This document shows, piece by piece, positions 39,101-49,225 of a stretch of 64,000 nucleotides of DNA. The DNA comes from Harriotta raleighana. Taxonomy: Eukaryota. Numbering within the stretch: position 1 is the first letter of the stretch; each line of letters opens with the position of its first letter. The notes under the pieces are model-generated. The model did not search any database, was not told the DNA's origin, and saw nothing but the letters and a program-made list of their open reading frames with translations. Position numbers and translations under genes: made by a program. The DNA lies in contig JBNZDD010013718.1 of the NCBI GenBank assembly GCA_050575255.1, forward strand, positions 5,678,334 to 5,742,333, read 5' to 3'.

Positions 39101-40067
39101 GGACCTCACTGTATGGGGTGCATCATTGTATGTTATTTCATGGTTTAGGGTGTTTCAGTACACAGGCATATCAGGTTAGAAATGGAAAAGCTTAAACTGC
39201 AAAGTCAGTAAACATTATAAATGTCGGACGAACATTCCTGTGGAAGAGGAATCCAGTTTGATCAAATTCAAGAAACAGCTGTCTTTCTTCAAGGTTCCCC
39301 CGTGCCATCAGGAGCAGTTGAAACAATTACCGGATTAGCCATTCTTACAAACATTGCTTCCCTGCTCCCTTTGATTAACTGGTGCTCATTTATAGGCTGG
39401 TAGATCAGTTCACAATTCAAAACAAATAGATGAAATACAGAATCTAATGATGCCAAAGAACGTGTAAGCCACTGATTACACAAGGCCTACTACCCGGAGA
39501 GTAGCTGCAAAAGCATTAACCATTTGAACTCTGAATTTCCCTATCTACATTAATGTAACACATCCCACCATTCACAACTGAACTTTATTCTATAATGAGT
39601 TTGCCAGGACAACTGGAGCTATATTTCTGCCTCTCTGAGCAGGTGTGATATTACTATTAACACTTCATCCCTTCTCCTCCAAGAAAAGCACCCTGTTTTT
39701 TAGTTCAAACACACATTGATTAAAGCACCATCATGAAGTGGCCATTCTGCCCATGAAAGCCTGCATGGTGAGCTCCCTCGTTTCTATTTGATTATTAGGG
39801 GACGAGTGGTTGAATAGATCACATTTGTGCCACATCGAACAGGCATAGCCTGAAATCCACACACATGGACTTGCAGTAGAAATCATCATTTAGCAATTAT
39901 GAATGGAAACCACTCCCAAGATAGGGAGTCCTTAAGCCATCTATAGACTCGCTATCACTATTCAAGCTGAGATACTTTTATTCACCAGATGTTTCATCTA
40001 AAGCAAAATTCACCTGTTCTCCCAGCAATATCACTATTCAGATCTGAACTTGACAAAGGATCACTAC

Positions 40068-40227
40068 CTGCAATAATTTTGCAAGACTCCTGGATTGGAT
40101 CAGTTTTCTTGGTTTTGGTCGATCGCTTTGTTCTGTAGATATGGTGTTCCTCACCACTGAATGAAGTCTTCACTTTATTTATAGGTTCTATTGACAGAAG
40201 TTCATCTCCAATCTGAATAAATCCAAG
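40068..40227 (-). CDS. ADAMTS17: ADAMTS17 coding exon 3 (prodomain)
   Basis: LGFIQIGDELLSIEPINKVKTSFSGEEHHIYRTKRS...ESCKIIAG. Acceptor ttttttgcag|CTT, donor GCAG|gtagtg. 160 bp, phase 0 to 1. Confidence 0.93.
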
Positions 40228-40451
40228 CTGCAAAAAAGAAGCAAATTATCTTAGATGGTCAATGAGAATGATTTTCATAGATTTGTCTATTACACACACA
40301 ACTGTACACGCAAATAATTACGTTTGGTTTGAATAAAACACCTAACATTAAATTTCTTCTGGCAAAAACTTAATTTCCATAACTTTTCATTCAAAAAAGG
40401 TTACATATAACTCCTCCAACAATACAGTGGGTAAAGGTACTGAATGCCCAT

Positions 40452-41156
40452 TAAAGCTCAATGGTTAGAGCACTCGCCTTACAAGCGAGAGACCTGGGTT
40501 CAATTCCAGTCAAAGCAGAACTTTGGGCAAGTTTCCTTACTCCACATGCCTAATAATAATTCCTCCTTCCCAAAATAAGAAATTGATCATTTCAATCCAC
40601 GACTGTTTGTGGGACACTGCTGTGCGCAATTGGCTGCCACGATTCGCCCACATATATAATAATAATGATACTTTAATTGATATAGCGCTTTCCACATCTT
40701 ATCGACGTCCCAAAGCGCTTTACAGAATAGGACAGTAGGGACGAGAGCGGGGGAGGGATGGGGGGAGGGGGAGGGAAAGGGGTAGGGAGAAAAAAGGGGG
40801 AAGAAAGGGGGGGAAAGGATAGGGACCAGAGCAGCGGGGGGGGAGGGGTCATGGTAATGGGAAGGAGTAGGAAAATTGACTGTATATTTGTGGGCGAAAC
40901 GCGGCAACCAAATCGCGCACAGCAGCGTCCCACAAACAGTCATGGCAGTGAGGGGGCCAGGGATGAAAGAGGGTATGGGGAGAGGTCGGGGTAGGTAGGG
41001 GGAAGAAAGCAAGAAAACCAGGTGTATATTTGTGGGCGAAATGCGGCAGCCAAATTGCGCAACAGCAGCGTCCCACAAACAGACAATTCATTTCACAGCA
41101 AATTCTGTGAAGCGCTTTAAAACATGAAAAGCGCCACATGAAAGGCAAGGATTGCT

Positions 41157-41188
<32 letters not shown>

Positions 41189-41190
41189 CC
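40452..41190. mobile_element. SINE cluster: plus copy with head (40452-40655), minus variant with duplicated body (40657-41080), plus tail (41090-41190)
   Basis: Repeated gggac(a/g)ctgctgtgcgc..ttgg(c/t)tgcc(a/g)cg..tcgcccaca unit in both orientations, with C-rich spacers in the minus copy. Confidence 0.8.
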
Positions 41191-41617
41191 CTATATAGTT
41201 TGGCAAGACCCTGTGGGAGTTAAATGATCTGTTATTTGGAGGCTTCCAATTAGTTTTTAGCTCAAACCATCAATGGAACAATAATATCTCCAGTGAAAAG
41301 GGGGGAGAAACTTTCAAGGGAGGAGAAAATGACTGGGTGGGTGGTGGAGTGGGGTGGGGGGGGGGAGGAAGGAAGAAAAAAAAAAATCCTAATTTCCAAT
41401 CTAACAAGAGAAAGTTTATTATAGCTTTTTTTTAATTATAAAAAAACTGGAAACCTAACAGTTAAATGTTATATACCAACCGAACCCAGCACAAATAGGC
41501 TTCAAGACAGCCAAAACAAATGTAATTCACTGCGGTGCTTTTTCTCTCCTTTAAACCCACACATATAAAAAGCAATGAATCGCCGGCTTTGCTGCTGCGG
41601 CATTAAATGAAGCACTT

Positions 41618-41629
41618 CCACTAGGCGGA
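41618..41629 (+). promoter_or_regulatory. Possible CTCF motif
   Basis: CCACTAGGCGGA has two mismatches to the core consensus and sits in a CpG-containing non-repeat patch of intron 2. Confidence 0.25.
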
Positions 41630-44600
41630 GATCTGCTGGCTGGACTCAATGGAACCTTTCTCCAAGCAAGAGACAGACTGGACCACACAAATCACAGCAC
41701 AGATTGACTTGGGAGGAACAGCGAAGGTTTGGAGAGTTGGTAAGGAGGAGGGGCGGTGGGGGGGAGGGGGAGGTTGGGGGGGCAGCAAAAAAACAATATG
41801 TTGTGTCCGATGAGAGAATCAGCATTTCCCCTCCAATACGAAAATGTATGGATCAGTCTTTTGATGTTGAGAAATGAAACTCCTGGAACAAGGACTCCTG
41901 AAGAGTCCTCCTTTGCTGGCTTCTCTGCTGCTCACTTCTGTGGCCAGTTGCTGGATGAAAAATATACGCTTTTCTTTTACATTGGCAACTACTGGTGTTG
42001 CAATGTTTACGAACACCCAGAGTGTGCGACGAGTCTCGATTTTAACACGTAATCAATCATTACACGTTGCTTTTTTTTTATTTGAAATTTTTTTTTTGGG
42101 GGGGGGAAAAAAAAAGAAAATGAGCGTGGAATGAAAATACAGATAACGTGAATAATTTCCTCTATAACGTGGAGGATTTGATGTGAGGGAGTGCTGGTTG
42201 CTCCTTTAAGCAAATGAGACATACTGTCTGAGTCAAAATAAGTTAAGCACACGAGTACAACATGACATCGATCACTCAATGCAGAAAGTCAGCCTAGCAA
42301 GAGGGGTGTTGAATATTGTAACCAGATTAACATGGAACACACATTGACTGGTAAACCCACTGACATCTTACTAGTCAACAATGGGGGTAATAAAACCTAC
42401 GTTTAAACTCCCCCCACTCACTCACTAACCCACCCTCTTGCTGTGATGACTGGAGTTGTACTCACTTTTTTCTCTCTCACATGTTACAGAAAAAAAGCCA
42501 AGTCTCAAATTGTACGTGTAATTTGGTCATTCACCAATCATTGGGACACATGCGAACCTGGCTCCTGAGCAGAATATGGTGGGGGGGGGGGGGGTCAGGG
42601 AGATCAAGGCAAGTCTGCTGACTGATGCCAATGATTTCATCTGACCTGACTGGGACCAATTCAGTTCGGTTGGTTTCTGCTGCCAACTCAGATGTGAGTT
42701 CCTGGTTTTATGCACCTGATCCAAATGCAACATTGTGGTCACCAATTAGAATTGGCAGCCCATACACTAAATCCAATCCAATCCTTATCCTGCCTCTCTA
42801 TTATACACACACGTATGTATATATATATATATATATATATATGAAACGCATTAAGACATCTCGAAGACGTGATAAGGCGCTACATCAAGTGCAACGATTA
42901 TAAATACATATATATATACATACAGTATACGCCCACACACACACATACAAACACACGCAGGCAGATACGACCCACTTTTTAATCTCTCCTTCAGACAATA
43001 ATACTGTAGTCATAATCACGATTGGCTATGGATCCCCAAACTGTTGTGATATACTTTTCCTCCCTCCCAAAAAAATCCTGGTAAATTTAAAGACAGCAGG
43101 GAGGATGAAGGAGGGGGTGGGGGAGAGAAAGGGGAGAGGGGGGAGAGAAAGGGGAGGAGAGAAAGGGGGGGGGGGNCTTATCCTGCCTCTCTATTATACA
43201 CACACGTATGTATATATATATATATATATATATATGAAACGCATTAAGACATCTCGAAGACGTGATAAGGCGCTACATCAAGTGCAACGATTATAAATAC
43301 ATATATATATACATACAGTATACGCCCACACACACACATACAAACACACGCAGGCAGATACGACCCACTTTTTAATCTCTCCTTCAGACAATAATACTGT
43401 AGTCATAATCACGATTGGCTGTGGATCCCCAAACTGTTGTGATATACTTTTCCTCCCTCCCAAAAAAATCCTGGTAAATTTAAAGACAGCAGGGAGGATG
43501 AAGGAGGGGGTGGGGGAGAGAAAGGGGAGAGGGGGGAGAGAAAGGGGAGGAGAGAAAGGGNNNNNNNNNNNNNNNNNNNNNNNNNNNNNNNNNNNNNNNN
43601 NNNNNNNNNNNNAGAAAGGGGGGGGGGGAGAAGGGGGAGGGGGGAGAGGAGGGGGAGAGAAAGGGGAGGGGGGGAGAGAAAGGGGAGGGGGGGGGAGAAA
43701 GGGGAGGGGGGGGAATCACTTTTTGGCTCTGGGATACATGTGTATCCGCAAATGCCAAAGTTATTGGCCAGCAAAGTGGGATCTAAAACTCGAGTTAAAG
43801 AAGACACTTTACTTTCCAAGAGACAAAAAAAACCTGTCTCTGGAGGGTAGCAGTTTGGCTGAGCGAATCGCCACNTAGTTAAAGAAGACACTTTACTTTC
43901 CAAGAGACAAAAAAAAACCTGTCTCTGGAGGGTAGCAGTTTGGCTGAGCGAATCGCCACCGTCCCCGCTAGGATTTGAACCCACTTGTGAAAAGCTCACA
44001 CACAAAAATTGCCAACTCAATGCCTCTCACTTCATGGCAAGCAAGTGTAGCAAAGCCAGCCCAGCCAGTCTCTCTCTGTCTCTCTCTCTCAGTCTCTCTC
44101 TCTCAGTAAGCAAGACGCAACAGGATATATGAAGGCAAGATTTTCCTGCTTTCGAAATGGCTTGGCGTTTAAAGGAGAAACGTTCATTCCAACGCACTGA
44201 GACGTTTGTCTCTTGTAGTGACTCTGTCGCCCTATCGGTGTATTATTGCATTCGTTGCACTCCAGAAGCGCATACACATTCACACACCGTTATTGACACG
44301 GCTTTAGTACTGTGTCCCAATAAGGTGGACAGACAGACAGACAGACAGACAGGTTGATCGATTTGGCAAATTCCCTTCAAAAGGGTGAAACGTTAAGAGG
44401 TGGAATAAAGACCGAAGATGCATCTGCGCAACTTCATTCCGAGCAAAAGAATCCAGATATATATATTTTTTAAAAAGACTGCTGCGGTATTTTCAGATAC
44501 AGAGCGGTTGTGTGTTTTTGTATGTGTGTGTGTGAATGTGTATGTTTTGTATGTGTGTATGTGAGTGTGTGTATGTGTTTTGTGTGTGTGACTGTGTGCA

Positions 44601-44732
44601 GTGTGAAACATTTTATATCCTAAGATTTCCCCCCCTTCCTCCTATATATATAGAGAGAGAGAGAGAGAGATATAATAATGATAAAGAAAGACACACACAA
44701 ACTGCGGCTGTAATAAGAAGTGTGGTACCGAC

Positions 44733-45166
44733 CAGTCCATTGCACGTGTTGAGGGACACGGAGGAGCGGTTCCGGTGACTGAGGACGTGGCCGGTGTAAA
44801 AGCACGATTCCTGGGGGAGAGACCAGCCGGGGACCGGGTCCCCCCGGCCTCGATGTTCCACAGTGAAGCCGGCTGACAGGAACCCCAGCTCACGTCTGAG
44901 GGACAAGCCCAGCTCCTTCCCGAACGCCGGCAGCCGCACATACATCTCCCTGTCGCCGCCTGTCTCCTGGGGATCTTCTCCCTGAGCCGTGGGCTCCTCA
45001 ACCCCTTCCTCGGCGTCTTCATCACCTGCCCGGGGAGACCGCCTTCCCCGCTGTGGGTGTGGGGGACCCTCGGGTCCCCCCCGCAGAGGCAGCTCTTCAA
45101 ACAGGTGGACTTCATCTTCGGGAAGCCTCCTCGGTACGGTCACCTCAAACTCCTTCTCGGCGTCAA
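44733..45166 (-). CDS. ADAMTS17: ADAMTS17 coding exon 2 (prodomain)
   Basis: Translates VDAEKEFEVTVPRR...LPAFGKELGLSLRRELGFLSAGFTVE...CFYTGHVLSHRNRSSVSLNTCNGL, the ADAMTS prodomain pattern (LPAFG, CFYxGxV, SLxxCxGL). Acceptor ctag|TT, donor CTG|gtcggt. 434 bp, phase 1 to 0, CpG-rich. Confidence 0.92.
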
Positions 45167-45442
45167 CTAGTTGTTGTTTTTTGAGGATGGTGGGGTGGGT
45201 GGGGGGGGTGAGAGAGAGGGAGAGGTGTGGGGGGGGGGGGGGGGGGGGNNNNNNNNNNNNNNNNNNNNNNNNNNNNNNNNNNNNNNNGAGAGAGAGAGAG
45301 AGAAAGGGGAGATGTGGAGATATAAAAAAAAGTCACTTAATTTCTGCATCAGAAAGAAAGTACAAGAAAAATAAAAGGAACGGTTTACGGTAGTTTCACA
45401 GACTGATTAACAGCGATTACAAAACAACACACTCTCTCTCTG

Positions 45443-45476
<34 letters not shown>

Positions 45477-45720
45477 TCTAACTTGATTACTGACTGAGTC
45501 CTTCGAGGTTTCTTAGAAAGCCACGTCCAGTGAAATGGAAACTATGAAGTGTACAAAGCCACAGACGCCAAACAAACTACTGTTCTCTCAACAAGTTGGG
45601 GGGAACTTTTTTTTTCTGTATTTCTTTTTTTTACCCCCCAAAAAATGCTGCTTTCACTTGTGCTCAGACTTGTGCATCATAAAGTCGATCGAGTCGAATA
45701 AGAATAAGAAGCTAAGCTAC

Positions 45721-45793
45721 CTGGAGTGAAATCCCATTGCAAGTACAAGAGACACACACAGGTTAGAAAGTGTGCAATCGAGCTGTCAAACAT
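45721..45793 (-). CDS. ADAMTS17: ADAMTS17 coding exon 1 (signal peptide MFDSSIAHFLTCVCLLYLQWDFTP+G)
   Basis: ATG at 45793 with A at -3 and a hydrophobic leader resembling the human ADAMTS17 N-terminus (MCDGALL...VWGLDPG, recalled). Donor CAG|gtagct is the only GT before an in-frame stop. Phase 1 fits exon 2. Confidence 0.8.
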
Positions 45794-46239
45794 TTTTGCT
45801 CTGTGTGTTGTGTTGTGTGTGTCTGGATGTGTGTGTGTATGTATATGTGTGTGTGTATGTGTCTGGGTGTGTGTATGCAATCCCCATCAGCCAGAAGAGC
45901 AGCAGCAAATCAGATCCCCTCTCTCTGTCTCTCTCTCTCTGTGTGAGTGTGTGTGTGTGTGTGTGTCTTTCTCTCTCTCTCTTGCAGGAGACTCAAGTCA
46001 GCGACTCCAAACTTGGTNATGTGTGTGTATATGTGTCTGGGTGTGTGTATGCAATCCCCATCAGCCAGAAGAGCAGCAGCAAATCAGATCCCCTCTCTCT
46101 TCTCTCTGTCTGTCTCTCTCTCTCTGTGTGAGTGTGTGTGTGTGTGTGTCTTTCTCTCTCTCTCTTGCAGGAGACTCAAGTCAGCGACTCCAAACTTGGT
46201 GGGAAATGAAGGTGAACCGGCAAAGAGCCTAACCTGACA

Positions 46240-46430
46240 GCATAGCCCTCCCCTGGCCTGCCTCTCTCCCCTCCCCTCCCTCCCTCCCCTCCCCTCTCAT
46301 TGGTGGCTGATGCCTCCATTGGTCCCCAAAACCCGGACCTGTTAACAGCGGCCGCTCCTCCTATTGGCGGCCGCTCAGCTCAGTCAATGGGACCAGACAG
46401 ATTGGGTTCTGCTCTTTGGCCGGCGTCTCA
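46240..46430 (-). promoter_or_regulatory. Candidate ADAMTS17 proximal promoter
   Basis: GC-rich patch about 450-640 bp upstream of the ATG. Four CCAAT boxes on the minus strand (plus ATTGG at 46299, 46318, 46363, 46401), GGAGGG/Sp-like tracts at 46265-46297, and two GCGGCCGC sites. No TATA box seen. Confidence 0.55.
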
Positions 46431-46511
46431 CACACTTGGCTTTGCTGTTCCGCAAAGGGACCCGTTTGAATGAGAATAATCCTCTGAACACCGTTNACAC
46501 ACTTGGCTTTG

Positions 46512-48591
46512 TGTTCCGCAAAGGGACCCGTTTGAATGAGAATAATCCTCTGAACACCGTTGTGCAGTACTAATAATAATCCTTGTATTTTGGACGGTGC
46601 CCCATCTCACGTCTTCCAGACGCCTCAAAGCGCTTCACAGAATATGGTGTAAAGCGAATATTTCTGGGCGAAACGCGGCAGCCGATTGCGCACGGCAGGG
46701 TCTCACAGAAACAGCTGTGGGTTGAAATGAGCAATTTACTATTGTTTTGTTCTTGAGGGATTATTTTATTATTATTATTACACATTGAGTAAGTAAACTT
46801 GCCGTATAAAAATAAGAATAATAGTATTAATAACACTAGCAATGCTTGCATTCAATTACAACGCTTTTCGCATTACCTACACGTCTCAAAGCGCTTCACG
46901 GAAAGTACTGTGAAGTGAATTGACTGTAGATCTTGTGGGCAAAACGTGGCAGCTAGTTGCGCACAGCACTGTCCCCCAAACAGTCGTGGAATGAAATGAC
47001 TCAATTTGTTATTGAGTTTCTTTTCCCCTTGAGGGATTATTATTAGTCATGTGGAGTAAGGAAAGCTTGCCCTAGCTTTTGCGCTCCCTAGAATCGAAGC
47101 CAGGTCTCTTGCTTGCAAGGCTAGTGCTCTAACCACTGAGCTACAGAGCTCCATCTTATTGGTCACTCACAACAACAACAACAACAACAATTATATTTGT
47201 ATTGTGCCTTTCAAGTCGATCGAATGTCCCAAGGTGCTGGAGCAGTGAGCAGTGTATTGAAAACTACAGTGCTTGTAAACGTAAATAACCTTTGTGTCTG
47301 ATACACTGGCCGATCACATCAAACGTCCCAAGGTGATTCACGCAGTTTTCAGTTAATTTCAGCGACTGTGTATTTTTTAGCCGAACACAGCAGTTTGCAC
47401 AGAGCAATGTCCCACAATTAACCAGGAAATGAATGATCCCTTTTTTTTCAAAGAAAAACTATCTGGGAGCTATTTGGTCAGGACACCAAAATTCTCATTT
47501 TGAAAAGTGTCGCATNNNNNNNNNNNNNNNNNNNNNNNNNNNNNNNNNNNNNNNNNNNNNNNNNNNNNNNNNNNNNNNNNNNNNNNNTGTTCCGCAAAGG
47601 GACCCGTTTGAATGAGAATAATCCTCTGAACACCGTTGTGCAGTACTAATAATAATCCTTGTATTTTGGACGGTGCCCCATCTCACGTCTTCCAGACGCC
47701 TCAAAGCGCTTCACAGAATATGGTGTAAAGCGAATATTTCTGGGCGAAACGCGGCAGCCGATTGCGCACGGCAGGGTCTCACAGAAACAGCTGTGGGTTG
47801 AAATGAGCAATTTACTATTGTTTTGTTCTTGAGGGATTATTTTATTATTATTATTACACATTGAGTAAGTAAACTTGCCGTATAAAAATAAGAATAATAG
47901 TATTAATAACACTAGCAATGCTTGCATTCAATTACAACGCTTTTCGCATTACCTACACGTCTCAAAGCGCTTCACGGAAAGTACTGTGAAGTGAATTGAC
48001 TGTAGATCTTGTGGGCAAAACGTGGCAGCTAGTTGCGCACAGCACTGTCCCCCAAACAGTCGTGGAATGAAATGACTCAATTTGTTATTGAGTTTCTTTT
48101 CCCCTTGAGGGATTATTATTAGTCATGTGGAGTAAGGAAAGCTTGCCCTAGCTTTTGCGCTCCCTAGAATCGAAGCCAGGTCTCTTGCTTGCAAGGCTAG
48201 TGCTCTAACCACTGAGCTACAGAGCTCCATCTTATTGGTCACTCACAACAACAACAACAACAACAATTATATTTGTATTGTGCCTTTCAAGTCGATCGAA
48301 TGTCCCAAGGTGCTGGAGCAGTGAGCAGTGTATTGAAAACTACAGTGCTTGTAAACGTAAATAACCTTTGTGTCTGATACACTGGCCGATCACATCAAAC
48401 GTCCCAAGGTGATTCACGCAGTTTTCAGTTAATTTCAGCGACTGTGTATTTTTTAGCCGAACACAGCAGTTTGCACAGAGCAATGTCCCACAATTAACCA
48501 GGAAATGAATGATCCCTTTTTTTTCAAAGAAAAACTATCTGGGAGCTATTTGGTCAGGACACCAAAATTCTCATTTTGAAAAGTGTCGCAT
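46512..48591. repeat. 1004-bp direct duplication across an N gap (probable assembly artefact)
   Basis: 46512-47515 and 47588-48591 appear identical and are separated only by Ns. Confidence 0.9.
46570..47152 (-). mobile_element. Two tandem SINEs (truncated 46570-46780, full-length 46840-47152)
   Basis: Head at 47090-47152 (minus tggagctctgtagctcagtggttagagcac...ggcttcgattc). Duplicated at 47646-48228. Confidence 0.85.
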
Positions 48592-48599
48592 GACTTTTA

Positions 48600-49225
48600 A
48601 TGTCTAGAGAATGTACTGCAAAGTGAATTGACTGTCTATTTGTGGGTGAAGCACGGCGACAGTTGCGCACAACAGTGTCCCCCAAACAGCTGTTGATTGA
48701 AATGACCAATTGTTGTTTTTAATTGATCATTTAAAATATATTTGATAATGTGTTAGTATGGTGCTTTATTGAATAAGAGTGGGAGCAAACTGCTGTAAGC
48801 ACCTTTCTTTACTAATCATACACACTATTTCCAGAATTCACTGCTCCCATTTTATTTCAAGATTGACATTGATGCATCCTCTTGAGCATGCTCAAATGCC
48901 AAAAAAGATAATAAAATCACACGCATGCGTGGGACTGACATTTGTGTCTGTAGTTATTTGTGACTGTGAGAGCTGCTTTTACAAGCCATCGAAGCACATT
49001 GCCTGTATTGTAAAGAAAGCCTGTGCAAAGTCTACCAACGTAGTAAGGAATGCTCTAAAAATAATAATAACCCTTGCATTTGATATTGCTCCTTATCACG
49101 TCTCAGAGGCGTATCAAAGCGCTTCACGGAATATACTGTAAAGTGAATCGACTGGCGAAATACGGCAGCCAATTGGACCTAGCAGTGTCCCACAAACAGT
49201 CTTGAATTAAGTGACCATGTGTTTT
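48600..49225 (-). mobile_element. SINE fragments (48600-48720, 49060-49225)
   Basis: Same body and tail consensus. Further copies at 52735-52910(-) and 54480-54633(+). Confidence 0.7.

Noticed and set aside
40587-44020. Long Pro- or Gly-rich ORFs (163 aa, 203 aa, 126 aa)
   Set aside because: They arise from G/C low-complexity tracts, SINEs and N gaps.
44642-45393. Alternative-frame and antisense ORFs over exon 2
   Set aside because: Expected by-product of a GC-rich, stop-poor exon, with no homology evident.
45726-46237. Plus-strand CV-repeat ORFs with a repeated NPHQPEEQQQIRSP unit
   Set aside because: These are translations of TG/TC microsatellites plus the N-flanked duplication of the ADAMTS17 leader.
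46428-47927. Apparently duplicated 66-aa and 93-aa genes
   Set aside because: They are SINE-derived translations inside the 1004-bp artefactual duplication.
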